Sequence record: MH675927.1
Origin: Escherichia phage vB_vPM_PD114
DNA length: 64,000 nt
Reading direction: 5' to 3' (one strand)
The position numbers and the translations under genes are program-made. Below the pieces are notes generated by a model. It saw nothing but the letters and a program-made list of their open reading frames with translations, was not told the DNA's origin and did no database searches. How positions within the stretch are numbered: position 1 is the first letter of the stretch; each line of letters opens with the position of its first letter. Shown one piece after another: positions 36,567 to 46,323 of this stretch.

Positions 36567-37517
36567 TTAGTCAAGGTTTTTGGTAATACGTGTACAACCG
36601 TCAGAAGTCAAACCGTCAACTTGAGTTTCCCAAGTACCATGAATATTTCGGAACAATGTTGTTACACCTTTTGGTTCATTAATAATGATTGCCATAACAA
36701 GTTTAGGATCGATAACAGACATAATCTTTTCCTCAATACCCTCTGTAATAACATTATTGCGCACAATATTAATTGCATCTTCTTGTACAGTAAGAACACT
36801 TACGTTCTTAAGAGTATATACCTGCTGTGTAGTGTAAATGATACGAACATAACTTACAGAACGAGTAGGCACAGGTTTACGCGGTCGGCGAAAACGTGGT
36901 TTTGGTGAAGATTCAGTTTTACTTTCATCTTTTGAATAATACTCCTCAAACAGTTTAGTAAATGTTTTTACATCAACTACAAACCGATCTTTCCGATATG
37001 GAGAATTCTTATGTGCACCATTAATACCACTGTTTTCATCGAAGAAAGTAATGTTTTCTTCATTTGAATACATTAGATAATGATCTGCATTTTTCCAATG
37101 TGGTTGTGGACAACGAGGATTACAAACGGAAAGCAGATAACTAATATCTTCTTCCGTGGCATCAGTATCCACGAAACACGTATTATGCACAGTCAGTTGT
37201 ACTTTTTCAGCCATATCTTTTTCTTTATCCTCTTTAGCAAGATATTCAGTACGAATAATCTCCAGAAAATTTTCAGGTGTTACTTCCATAAATGTATATT
37301 CAGGATGAAGTTCCATATATTCAAATCCACAACCATCTAACTGCTGTAGAAAGTTAGGGTAGAAGAACAAATCATTAACACTGTGAATCAGATCATTGAT
37401 TTCTGCTTCAGTTGTGTAACCAAAACTCTTGTGAATTGCTTCGTTAAGAATATGCAGGATACCCATCTCTTCTGCTGCTTTTTTAACTTCCAGTTTATTA
37501 GCGTAAAATGCAATCAT
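36567..37517 (-). CDS. hypothetical protein
   Basis: 316-aa ORF with AAGGAG RBS. Confidence 0.45.
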   Translation of the reverse strand: MIAFYANKLEVKKAAEEMGILHILNEAIHKSFGYTTEAEINDLIHSVNDLFFYPNFLQQLDGCGFEYMELHPEYTFMEVTPENFLEIIRTEYLAKEDKEKDMAEKVQLTVHNTCFVDTDATEEDISYLLSVCNPRCPQPHWKNADHYLMYSNEENITFFDENSGINGAHKNSPYRKDRFVVDVKTFTKLFEEYYSKDESKTESSPKPRFRRPRKPVPTRSVSYVRIIYTTQQVYTLKNVSVLTVQEDAINIVRNNVITEGIEEKIMSVIDPKLVMAIIINEPKGVTTLFRNIHGTWETQVDGLTSDGCTRITKNLD

Positions 37518-37534
37518 TATGTTCTCCTTCTAAA

Positions 37535-37969
37535 TTAGTTTAAAATTTCTTTTGCAATGGTAGAAGCAAGTTTTCCATCATATTGATTCGGATACTCTGC
37601 TTTAAGGTGTTTCATCATATCTGGCATTTTCTTGCCTGTCAAGGCAAATTCTTCAGCAATAGCTCGAAGATCATCTTCAGATAGCATTTCTGGCAAATAT
37701 TTTTCCAGAGTGGTGATATCACGCATAGCTCGCTCACATTTGCTAATGGAGGCATTAACTTTCTTAAGTGAGTCTAGTTCCTCTTTAGCGTGTGCAATAC
37801 CAATCTTAACAATGTTAATCATAATATCGTCTTCTGATTTGTTTAGATTTGCCTTTTGAGTACGAGCAAGGTCAAACTCACCAATAATATTAGTTAACAA
37901 AGCAAAAGCACCCTTATCGGTTGTACGTGCTAAGATACGATCTGCTTTCATTTGTGTCACAATAGACAT
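37535..37969 (-). CDS. GatB/YqeY-domain protein
   Basis: Pattern ...LEKYLPEMLSEDDLRAIAEEFALTGKKMPDMMKHLKAEYPNQYDGKLASTIAKEIL matches the YqeY/GatB C-terminal domain (YLPxxLSEEEL...MGxVMKxLK...GRADGKxVS). Confidence 0.55.
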   Translation of the reverse strand: MSIVTQMKADRILARTTDKGAFALLTNIIGEFDLARTQKANLNKSEDDIMINIVKIGIAHAKEELDSLKKVNASISKCERAMRDITTLEKYLPEMLSEDDLRAIAEEFALTGKKMPDMMKHLKAEYPNQYDGKLASTIAKEILN

Positions 37970-37981
37970 TCTATTCTCCTC

Positions 37982-38554
37982 TTATTTGCTAATGCTTTGA
38001 ATGTTATTTACAACACGGTTTATTGCCAGTGAAGCCCTAGGCTCCGCAATACCTGTTGCATAGATATAAGGATGACCTTTTGGAGACTCCCTCATACCGA
38101 ATGAACCTAATTCTAAACCATATTCATCCTCTACGTCAACCCCAATATTAGTGGGTACTAAATATGTTTTAACTCCATAATAAGTAGAGAAGAAACAGCG
38201 CATAGCGTTAGCATACTCTTCAATTGTAGCATCAGGGTAGAACTCAATCAACTCCAATTTCAAGAAAATATTAAAATGGGTATCATCTAAATTTTCTTCT
38301 GTACGGTAACATGGCGTTAGTGCCATATACGGATTACCTGCTGCAAATTCAAAACCATCCTTCTCCATTTGCAGGAAAGATTGTTCTGCACTAGCTACAT
38401 AGTATTTACCGTTAGGATGCCCTAATGGGCGATCCTCTTTATTTTCTGGTAGTGTGTACGCCAGTATATCAGCATCCACGAGATATGGAACTTCTAACAT
38501 TTGTGCAAATCGACCATAGTAATCAATAGCTTGAGCTATTACTGCAACATTCAT
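37982..38554 (-). CDS. hypothetical protein; weak class II aminoacyl-tRNA-synthetase-like core resemblance (tentative)
   Basis: Possible motif-2-like TPCYRTEEN...FNIFLKLELIEF and motif-3-like ATGIAEPRASLAI; too short for a full synthetase; start ATG coupled to upstream stop (ATGA). Confidence 0.3.
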   Translation of the reverse strand: MNVAVIAQAIDYYGRFAQMLEVPYLVDADILAYTLPENKEDRPLGHPNGKYYVASAEQSFLQMEKDGFEFAAGNPYMALTPCYRTEENLDDTHFNIFLKLELIEFYPDATIEEYANAMRCFFSTYYGVKTYLVPTNIGVDVEDEYGLELGSFGMRESPKGHPYIYATGIAEPRASLAINRVVNNIQSISK

Positions 38555-38802
38555 GATCGACCTCCGCTACGGAATGCACGTTTAGTAATGTTTGACATAG
38601 TGATCAAATCTTGAAGCGTCATCTCAGGAAAATGCTGTTCAAGAACACCTTCAACAGCGCCTACAATATCTGATAACTCAATAAGTTGCATCAGCTTGCA
38701 ATCTTGATCAATAGCATCTTGAAGTTCATAAAGCTCTTCTTGAATCTTAGCAACAGAACCATATTCCTCTTTGCTAATCTCCTTCAAATGATACCCTGCC
38801 AC
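38551..38802 (-). CDS. MazG-like all-alpha NTP pyrophosphohydrolase (tentative)
   Basis: EExxExxD-type motif (IQEELYELQDAI) and downstream acidic helix typical of short phage MazG proteins; GTG start with AAGGGGGG RBS. Confidence 0.4.
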   Translation of the reverse strand: MAGYHLKEISKEEYGSVAKIQEELYELQDAIDQDCKLMQLIELSDIVGAVEGVLEQHFPEMTLQDLITMSNITKRAFRSGGRS

Positions 38803-38813
38803 TTTAACCCCCC

Positions 38814-41588
38814 TTAGTTTACCAGTTTATTTATGTCTGGTAAAAGATTTATTTCACCTAAGAAATCACCTTCACCTTCCTCTAGCCAACTCTCATATGC
38901 TTGTGCATGATTATAGTTACCATCAAAAGAATCTGCAACAAATTTTTCTACAGTTTTTCGAGATGTGCCAGCGCCAAATACACCAAGTTTAATACCATTG
39001 ATCGGTAAAGTGGTGCTTGTGGGTACTTTCTCTGTTGCAACACGGTTGATATCTATAATCTCCTGTACGGTTGTGTTCCATTGTAAGCATTTAACACAAC
39101 GGGTATGCGCTACATACAGTAGGTTTCGCTCTGCCTCTTCTAGTCCTACCCACTCACCAGTCTTTTTATCATAGTTGGAAGGAAAATCATTAGCAACAAT
39201 AACCTGATCCCACTCCAAACCTTTAGACTTGTGTGCTGTAGTCAATGTGACTTTTGCTGTAGGAGAATTTCTATGCGTTCTAAGTGTATGTGCTATAGTG
39301 TTTGCCTTACCAGAAACTACAATGTTTAACAAGCGTTTAGCATCTGGATCAGCCTCTGCACACTCAACAAATTCATTCCAGTCTGCGTAAGGTAATACAG
39401 TTTCATGTTTTACTTTCTCAATATCTCCTCTCCGAAGAGCATTAACACTATCTACCATAGAGATAAAATCCCTGGTATCTACGTTAATAATAATTTCTTC
39501 CCCATCTGCAATACGATCCATTGCCTCCATAAGCAAGGTTAAATTCTTGCGAAAGATGATAGTGTAAGGTTTTGTATAGTCTACAACATCTGATTTGTAG
39601 CTACCTACTACAGTATCAAAGCCTTTACCAACCAAAGGATGACGCAAAGGTTCTTTATCACTTAAAATCATATTTGCAATGTTTGCCACTTTGGGGCCAA
39701 AACGGAAGCAAGCAGTTAATGGAAGCTCTGCCCCATACTTAGCTGTTTCAATCATCATATTAGAGCTACCTCTAAATTGATAAATGCAGTTGTGGCTAAG
39801 AATTTCATTGCCAAAAAAGTTAGCAGTATCTTCTACTTCAATATCATAATAGATACCCTCACTATCTACAATGTCCACTATCTCTTCTGCCGTTACAGTA
39901 TCACCATCTTTTACTAACACAGACATGCCTTTAAACAAACCCGCTGCCGGAATTAAATTATATTTGGCAGTGTTCACAGAGGACATGCATTCTTTTAAAG
40001 ATGCAAACGGAACTATTTCAAGGATCTTTTGTGCAAAACTCAATGCTTCACGATAAGAATTGAAATATTTACGTACACGGTAACGACCTTCCAATTTAGC
40101 AACACTTACGCTTACACCTGCTTCAATGAGTGAGGCATAGATTGGCATTTCACTTTCTGTCCACTCAAAGCTAACTTGTGTTCCTTTACAACCTTGTGCT
40201 CGCAAAGTCACTGTTAACATTTTTCTTGCATCTACTGCACAATTGATGCTGTGCCAATGTGGATAAGCAAAATGATAGTCTTTATCCTCTAAAAGTTTAA
40301 AACCATTTTGTCCGAATTGTTCAAAGATATTGTTGATCCTTTCTTGATTAATACCGCGTGAACTTGCTTCAAATACACAAGTAGGAATGCCATATTGTAA
40401 ACTGTATGCCATTTCTTTTTCCATAGCAGCTTCACGGTTTTCAACAATATCCAACACCCACAACTTCTGTGCTTTTTCAGAACGTGTACGTTGCCCCAGT
40501 TTAGAAAAACCTTCTTTATCATCGAATTTGTTAGTGATCCCTACTCGGAAACCTAAATCTTTTCTCCACATTAGGTATACCACCATCTGATCATCTTTCA
40601 GAACATAAGGTGAAGCCCAAATACGATGGTTATGTGTCATATCTAAAGTCTTACCTTTAGCAGTAATAATATTCCTACCTTTTGTACGTGTAGATAAAGT
40701 CTTATTTGTTACTTTTCTAAATGTAACTTTACCGTTAGAATAAGACTCTACCTTATCACCGATTTGCAGGTCTTTCATTGTAACCTGACCATTTTCGGTA
40801 TTAAGTACCGTGTTTTCTGACACACATTGGAATTCATCACCAACTACCACAATTTGTTTGGCAGATTTAGCATTCCGCAGAATAGACAAGAATGCAGGGT
40901 TAACATCCTGGAATTCATCCCCAAAAATAATGTCATAACCAAGATCAGCACCAGACAATTCAAACAATTTTACATAGGTGTCATGCGTCATCAAAGTATC
41001 TGTGTTAGGGTCAATGCGCTCTCGCCACAATTGTTTTGCATACTTAACTACTTCTGTAATTAGTTTGTGTTCGTTAATACCTTTTCTTTTAATATCTGCA
41101 AGATGTACACTAGGAAAATGTTTACGGCTGATAAAAGGATCATCCGAAAATTCAAACTTACCTACGGTTTGCTTGATCATTAAACCAATCATAGCACGAG
41201 TTAAAAGTGTTTTCCCTCGTTTATCAATAAGATTATTAATCTTAAATTTCTTTGCTATCTCACTACCTGTACCTGCAACGTTAACATACTGTCCTTCTGG
41301 TCGTGACAGTTTTGCACGTAAACGATGATCCAGGAATTGATAGCAAATGGAATGCAATGTACGGCATTCTACATTTGGTGGCATCTTACGCCGTGCTTCT
41401 TCTGCCATGCTTTTATTGAAAGCTAAGTAAAGAATGCGATCTTCTGTACTGTTAGCCAGCAAATAAAGTGTTGACGTTTTTCCTGATCCAGATTTAGCTT
41501 GGATAGTTAAAAACCGATGATCTGGAAAAGCCTCCTTAATAGCTGTTTGCTCTTCTGTTGGAGTAAAACTCAACTCTTTCTTAGCCAT
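38814..41588 (-). CDS. UvrD/PcrA-like superfamily 1 DNA helicase; contains an intein
   Basis: Walker A AKSGSGKTS, motif II IIFGDEFQD, motif III VVVGDEFQ|...|CIYQFRGSS split by the intein; start at ATG 41588 (RBS AGAGAGG). Confidence 0.85.
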   Translation of the reverse strand: MAKKELSFTPTEEQTAIKEAFPDHRFLTIQAKSGSGKTSTLYLLANSTEDRILYLAFNKSMAEEARRKMPPNVECRTLHSICYQFLDHRLRAKLSRPEGQYVNVAGTGSEIAKKFKINNLIDKRGKTLLTRAMIGLMIKQTVGKFEFSDDPFISRKHFPSVHLADIKRKGINEHKLITEVVKYAKQLWRERIDPNTDTLMTHDTYVKLFELSGADLGYDIIFGDEFQDVNPAFLSILRNAKSAKQIVVVGDEFQCVSENTVLNTENGQVTMKDLQIGDKVESYSNGKVTFRKVTNKTLSTRTKGRNIITAKGKTLDMTHNHRIWASPYVLKDDQMVVYLMWRKDLGFRVGITNKFDDKEGFSKLGQRTRSEKAQKLWVLDIVENREAAMEKEMAYSLQYGIPTCVFEASSRGINQERINNIFEQFGQNGFKLLEDKDYHFAYPHWHSINCAVDARKMLTVTLRAQGCKGTQVSFEWTESEMPIYASLIEAGVSVSVAKLEGRYRVRKYFNSYREALSFAQKILEIVPFASLKECMSSVNTAKYNLIPAAGLFKGMSVLVKDGDTVTAEEIVDIVDSEGIYYDIEVEDTANFFGNEILSHNCIYQFRGSSNMMIETAKYGAELPLTACFRFGPKVANIANMILSDKEPLRHPLVGKGFDTVVGSYKSDVVDYTKPYTIIFRKNLTLLMEAMDRIADGEEIIINVDTRDFISMVDSVNALRRGDIEKVKHETVLPYADWNEFVECAEADPDAKRLLNIVVSGKANTIAHTLRTHRNSPTAKVTLTTAHKSKGLEWDQVIVANDFPSNYDKKTGEWVGLEEAERNLLYVAHTRCVKCLQWNTTVQEIIDINRVATEKVPTSTTLPINGIKLGVFGAGTSRKTVEKFVADSFDGNYNHAQAYESWLEEGEGDFLGEINLLPDINKLVN
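39789..40826 (-). mobile_element. intein in helicase motif III (346 codons)
   Basis: Starts CVSENTVLNTENGQVTMKDLQIGDKV (canonical intein N-terminal block), ends FFGNEILSHN followed by Cys; removal restores VVVGDEFQ-CIYQFRGSS. Confidence 0.75.
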
Positions 41589-41589
41589 T

Positions 41590-42066
41590 TCAACCTCTCT
41601 TAATTTGTTTAACAAGCATAGGAACAAAATCTCGTTTTAAAATTTGTTCAATAATATGATCAGGTAGCTGTTGGAAATTATAATTAAACGCTACTGTCTC
41701 ACCTTTAGGTGTTTCTACCCGCACATATAGCATGTTACGAAGTTTATCCACTTGTGCTGTATATTCTAAACCACGTAATTGATGCATTGCAAACATCAAA
41801 TCCTCAGTTTCAGTTTGGAATCTATCCCTTGTTTGCATCAAGGATAAGGCAAAAGGTAGATTTTCCCTAAGAGCCACCTTCTTAGGCACTAATGAAGGGA
41901 AATACTCCCCAATAACTTCCTGTGTAAGCTGAATACACTCTTTTTCAAGCTGGTTTTGTTCCTTGAGTTCACAAACACTTTTTTGTAAAGTGTTAACCTC
42001 TTTTTGCAAAGCTGCTAGTTGAGCACTTAACTTTCTTTTTTGATTACGACCAAAACGTTTAGACAT
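41590..42066 (-). CDS. hypothetical coiled-coil protein
   Basis: 158-aa ORF. Confidence 0.4.
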   Translation of the reverse strand: MSKRFGRNQKRKLSAQLAALQKEVNTLQKSVCELKEQNQLEKECIQLTQEVIGEYFPSLVPKKVALRENLPFALSLMQTRDRFQTETEDLMFAMHQLRGLEYTAQVDKLRNMLYVRVETPKGETVAFNYNFQQLPDHIIEQILKRDFVPMLVKQIKRG

Positions 42067-42074
42067 ATTTCCCC

Positions 42075-42590
42075 CTAGTAAAACCCCTTAACAATTTGTA
42101 TTAACTCGGCACAACGGTTGACCAACTTTTCATCGTACAATACACGTTGTGGCATATGTTGTATAATATACTCCATTTGCTCATGCCATGTCCACTTTTC
42201 TTTTTTGTCTGGGATAACATCACTAGCACGAGAATTATCTTTTAATGTTTGTATAATCCAATTGCTTGGAAAGTGCTCTCCACCTTTCTTAAATGGTTTA
42301 TAGTGGCCTAGAGTGAATTGAGAATCCCCTGTTAGAGCACCCAATTTATTTAGATGGATAATCAAACTACGAAACACATAATATTCATAGATGTTATCCA
42401 CCGTATAGCAAGCATAATATTTCAAGATGCCCTTATCTCGCGGATACTTACCAACATCCAGATTACACCAGTTGACATTTTCTGGATCATAGTGGTGTTC
42501 CTTAAGCCATATTTCTCTTTCATCAAAGTCTGGATATATTACCGCCCTGCTTACAGAGTCAACAAGTGGAGATTGAGCATCAAAAAACAT
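42075..42590 (-). CDS. hypothetical protein
   Basis: 171-aa ORF. Confidence 0.45.
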   Translation of the reverse strand: MFFDAQSPLVDSVSRAVIYPDFDEREIWLKEHHYDPENVNWCNLDVGKYPRDKGILKYYACYTVDNIYEYYVFRSLIIHLNKLGALTGDSQFTLGHYKPFKKGGEHFPSNWIIQTLKDNSRASDVIPDKKEKWTWHEQMEYIIQHMPQRVLYDEKLVNRCAELIQIVKGFY

Positions 42591-42612
42591 TATATTTTTC
42601 CTTATTGGTTTA

Positions 42613-42978
42613 TTAAACGTTTTCTAAATCTTTTAAGGCATTACCCAACGTTAGAACAATAACATCGTTTGCTGCCTCTTCCCCATTGATATTGGTGAAA
42701 TTTGGTGTGACAAAAGTAACCATATAAAACTCGTCCACCTGGAAGACAGCAATAACACCGTCCATCTTAACATCTTGACGAAAGGAAAAACCAAGCATCT
42801 TCTCTTGCAAAGGCATATCCCCTTCCTTCATTACTGCCAGGGAGTTTTCAGGAATGTTATATTTATCTGCTCCGATGTAGATGTACGTAATGTTATCTTT
42901 ATCGTGATGATACAGGGTTGCTTTTTCCATATCTAAACCTGACAGATCAAATACGTTAATTTCTTGTGTAGTCTTCAT
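42613..42978 (-). CDS. hypothetical protein
   Basis: Start trimmed to ATG 42978 (RBS GGGAGG). Confidence 0.4.
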   Translation of the reverse strand: MKTTQEINVFDLSGLDMEKATLYHHDKDNITYIYIGADKYNIPENSLAVMKEGDMPLQEKMLGFSFRQDVKMDGVIAVFQVDEFYMVTFVTPNFTNINGEEAANDVIVLTLGNALKDLENV

Positions 42979-43342
42979 AAATATCCTCCCAAATCCAATA
43001 ATCATCTGTGTAAGTAGGATGCCTTTTATCCCACTCTGTTCTAGCCCAAGCAACCGCTGCTACCAACACATCACCATGACAAGGTTGAGGTGCGCAGAAG
43101 CAAACTAAGTCTTTCCCTTCTAATTCTAACAAATCCTCAAGAGTGATTTTACCACAACGAATTTGTTCCCACAACCACTCTTTATATCTTTGTATAGTTG
43201 ACCCTCGTGGTTCATCATCCTTTAACTTAAAAGGATTTGCAAACTTTGAGGCTTTTAACCCCATATGAGGCATAGCTCTGCCAATGTACACTGCACCTTC
43301 AGGTATTACTTTACCTAAGTGGTAAAAATTTAATACTTTCAT
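42956..43342 (-). CDS. DUF4326-family protein (predicted ADP-ribose-processing domain)
   Basis: AVYIGR...GSKFANPF...YKEWLWEQI...LEGKDLVCFCAPQPCHGDVL matches the DUF4326 signature; start ATG 43342 coupled to upstream stop. Confidence 0.6.
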   Translation of the reverse strand: MKVLNFYHLGKVIPEGAVYIGRAMPHMGLKASKFANPFKLKDDEPRGSTIQRYKEWLWEQIRCGKITLEDLLELEGKDLVCFCAPQPCHGDVLVAAVAWARTEWDKRHPTYTDDYWIWEDIYEDYTRN

Positions 43343-43343
43343 A

Positions 43344-43694
43344 TTAACCCAAACACATCTGTGCAATCAAGCCCTGTATAAATTTATTAGCTTCTTTACT
43401 GTCGTAATCAGTTTCTTCTGGATATCCATCTTCATCGTACACAACTGTACCTTCAATATACCCTGCCTCAATTAAGGCGCGGATCATATCAAATTGCCAG
43501 CATGAATTACCAAATGGACGTTTACCATTAAAACACTCTTCTTCTCTCCATAACGTAGAGAGTAGTTGTCGGAAATATTCCCGTACAGTGACAGTACCAA
43601 GATCTGAATCCTCAAACATAACATCCAGGGCATCAGGATTGCTTTTCTCTACATAAGGAATATATTTAACACCATTAATAGTTACATCAAGCAT
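43344..43694 (-). CDS. hypothetical protein
   Basis: 116-aa ORF. Confidence 0.4.
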   Translation of the reverse strand: MLDVTINGVKYIPYVEKSNPDALDVMFEDSDLGTVTVREYFRQLLSTLWREEECFNGKRPFGNSCWQFDMIRALIEAGYIEGTVVYDEDGYPEETDYDSKEANKFIQGLIAQMCLG

Positions 43695-44057
43695 TTATTT
43701 CTCCTTATCATCATATTCTAGGAACATATCTGCACGATATGCTTTACGCTCTTCAAACTTAGCAGGATCTACAACAATAAGCAATACAAGGTTAACATCT
43801 AAATACTTCTTAACAAATAGAAATAAATCTTTTCCACAGTTAAAACCTACACCAGTATAGGCATCCCCATATTGATCTACTGATTTAATCTTCTTACTAA
43901 CCGTACATTCTATGCTATTCTTTTCTTCTTGGTATAAGGCTTTCCCACCCCAATATGTAAAGAATTTAGTACCGTCAGCACCAAGTTTAAAACCCTCTGT
44001 TGCATGTCCCGCAAATGAAAGTAAACATAACCAAGTGATCATCAGGTACTTTAGCAT
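43695..44057 (-). CDS. hypothetical secreted protein
   Basis: Start at ATG 44057 (RBS GGGTGG); signal peptide MLKYLMITWLCLLSFAGHA. Confidence 0.4.
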   Translation of the reverse strand: MLKYLMITWLCLLSFAGHATEGFKLGADGTKFFTYWGGKALYQEEKNSIECTVSKKIKSVDQYGDAYTGVGFNCGKDLFLFVKKYLDVNLVLLIVVDPAKFEERKAYRADMFLEYDDKEK

Positions 44058-44058
44058 T

Positions 44059-44541
44059 TTAACCACCCAATTGCAAATGTTTAGAAAGAACAATATCCCA
44101 CTGATCACCACAACCGTTATCTATGCGGAACATAATGTACGTATCATCTTCTTCTACGACATACCGTACCTCATAGGAGTTACAACAGCCTTCCCAATTT
44201 TTAACGGCTTCTGGTGTATGATGTGTAAGAATTTCATTACCATCATATGACCAAAACAAAGGGGTAAGGTTTTCGAAGGTCAGTGAAGTAGGGTTTACTT
44301 CATCTTTAACTGCTTCCTCATATTCTTTATGTGTTTGTACTGCTTTAGTTAGTGTACTCATGTCTATCTCCTTTTCTCCTTCTTGACTATGAAGGATAGC
44401 GAACTCTCTAAACTCCACCTCACGCCATGTTTTCAGGTAGTGCTTTATAATTTGATCAACATCTGCCTGTTCAACGTTACTTTTCAAGCAATAGTAGTCA
44501 TGGTCTTCACCCATTCTACCCCATATGCTATACATTGTCAT
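44059..44541 (-). CDS. hypothetical protein
   Basis: 160-aa ORF. Confidence 0.4.
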   Translation of the reverse strand: MTMYSIWGRMGEDHDYYCLKSNVEQADVDQIIKHYLKTWREVEFREFAILHSQEGEKEIDMSTLTKAVQTHKEYEEAVKDEVNPTSLTFENLTPLFWSYDGNEILTHHTPEAVKNWEGCCNSYEVRYVVEEDDTYIMFRIDNGCGDQWDIVLSKHLQLGG

Positions 44542-44809
44542 CTGATTGATCCTTCACATTGTTCTTGGCATACACAGGAATAACATCATGGTGATCTTTA
44601 TTACTTTCGTCTGTTAAAGCCCAAAACAACTTACCTGCCGGATGTTTAAAGATGTAAGCAATAGGTTCCTCTTCCTGTGCTTCTTTGCTACGGATGCCAT
44701 CCCGCCAGGCAAGCCAAGTGTAAATCATCACTTCTTGACGTTCTTCTTCATTAGGCCACAGATGGGGTAGAAAGTTTTTATCAAACCATTGCTTAAATTC
44801 TTCAGTCAT
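44528..44809 (-). CDS. hypothetical protein
   Basis: 93-aa ORF. Confidence 0.4.
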   Translation of the reverse strand: MTEEFKQWFDKNFLPHLWPNEEERQEVMIYTWLAWRDGIRSKEAQEEEPIAYIFKHPAGKLFWALTDESNKDHHDVIPVYAKNNVKDQSDDNV

Positions 44810-44819
44810 AGTCTACTCC

Positions 44820-44984
44820 TTAGCGTACAAAGTTAACTTCTGCTTCTTTCAGCTTTGACACTTCTACATAACCACCATGATCATCTTTAATCCATTCTTT
44901 TCCTTTACGGATGATAACAGGATACGTAGAGTGAGTAAGTTTAGGTACAGATCTTTTTGTTTTAGTGATAGAAATGTTTTGCAT
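44820..44984 (-). CDS. small hypothetical protein (not in supplied ORF track)
   Basis: ATG 44984 with RBS AAGGAA; 54 aa. Confidence 0.3.
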   Translation of the reverse strand: MQNISITKTKRSVPKLTHSTYPVIIRKGKEWIKDDHGGYVEVSKLKEAEVNFVR

Positions 44985-45044
44985 AGTAGTTTCCTTAGTA
45001 AATTTTACATAGAGTTTAGATTATTTAGTAGGTAGAGTCAATAA

Positions 45045-45311
45045 TTAATTACTGTTAGATCTGTACTCTGTCTTCCATTCGCAATGGTAAACTTCAACAG
45101 GTTCTAACTTCCAGTGTTCAGGAACTAGTTCAGGACAATATCTACAAAAGAGAAATAGATAGATAACTAAGACAGGTATTAAATAGTAAAATGGTATACG
45201 ATCATAACCATACTTACGAGATAACATGTAGACATATAGATAGGGTATAACAATTAAACCTATAACTATAAGTAAGAAGAGAAGTATAAACCTCAGTGTA
45301 GTAACATCCAT
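45045..45311 (-). CDS. small membrane protein
   Basis: 88 aa, two hydrophobic helices. Confidence 0.4.
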   Translation of the reverse strand: MDVTTLRFILLFLLIVIGLIVIPYLYVYMLSRKYGYDRIPFYYLIPVLVIYLFLFCRYCPELVPEHWKLEPVEVYHCEWKTEYRSNSN

Positions 45312-45475
45312 AGTATTCTCCTATACAGTAATATACTCTGTTCCTGCCCCTCCATGAGTGACAGGAACAATATCTATAGAGAATACTAACTCGCTTCGCT
45401 CGTCACCTTTCAGGTTTAGGGTAGCATGTTTTTCTGAAAAAGTCAATACTCTCCACAAAACTTTACAAAATGTTT

Positions 45476-45748
45476 TTACATAGGTACAACAGAGTCTGTT
45501 TTGAAGTCGTACATATGATTTACACCTGTGATTTTTGACATAGAGATTGCACGTTTAGCACCTGCAATTACCTGGTCTGTCTTCTTAATCTCTTCACGGA
45601 ACTTACGTACAGTTAGAGAGAAGAAACGATGATCCATCCATTGACGATTCACACGATCACGCTTGAAGTGACGGAAATCTTCAATCTGTTTATTGCGCAA
45701 TCGGCGCAGTACATGCAATAATTTATAGTAAGGGTGTTTACTTTTCAT
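45476..45748 (-). CDS. hypothetical basic protein
   Basis: 90-aa ORF rich in K/R. Confidence 0.4.
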   Translation of the reverse strand: MKSKHPYYKLLHVLRRLRNKQIEDFRHFKRDRVNRQWMDHRFFSLTVRKFREEIKKTDQVIAGAKRAISMSKITGVNHMYDFKTDSVVPM

Positions 45749-45751
45749 AAT

Positions 45752-46180
45752 TTATTCTCCAAATCGAAAATCGTCAATATCATCAAACCATACACAATGG
45801 CGAGTCCTTTCTTTTTCTGTTGCAGACATTGTTTCAACAGCTTTAGGACTAAGCACAACAGGAATGTAACGAACAGGTCGTTCATAATAGTAGCCATACT
45901 TTTCTGTATTAGCTGCCTCAAAGACTTTACGGCGTTCTTCAAGATCTTCTATGGTGAATCCTACCATATAACCATCATGTTTGCTACCCCATCCTTCCTC
46001 ACTTTCAACAATCGGGATATAAAAGCCGTTACGCGTTCCTGACGCTGGTTCTTCTTGAGCCTGAAGGCAAGCCTCCCATCCTGCTTTAAAGACGTTATAG
46101 AGCGATTTACGCACGTTATGAGTGCCGCTTTCGCTTGCTGGATAGAGTTCATTAAATTTGTCTTGGATTTGTTGTGTCAT
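45752..46180 (-). CDS. hypothetical protein
   Basis: 142-aa ORF; RBS AAGGGG. Confidence 0.45.
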   Translation of the reverse strand: MTQQIQDKFNELYPASESGTHNVRKSLYNVFKAGWEACLQAQEEPASGTRNGFYIPIVESEEGWGSKHDGYMVGFTIEDLEERRKVFEAANTEKYGYYYERPVRYIPVVLSPKAVETMSATEKERTRHCVWFDDIDDFRFGE

Positions 46181-46323
46181 ACTCGCCCCTTAGTGATTAT
46201 TTGACCAGCTAAACAAATAGCTTGTAGTACAATAAAGAAGTAGCCTAATTTTACACTACCCAATACCCAGAATGCAATGTTTGCAAACAAACAAAAAGCA
46301 ATATTAAGTCTAAAGAATAACAT
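46177..46323 (-). CDS. small membrane protein (not in supplied ORF track)
   Basis: 48 aa (MLFFRLNIAFCLFANIAFWVLGSVKLGYFFIVLQAICLAGQIITKGRV); translationally coupled on both sides (TAAATG upstream, ATGA downstream). Confidence 0.4.
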   Translation of the reverse strand: MLFFRLNIAFCLFANIAFWVLGSVKLGYFFIVLQAICLAGQIITKGRV

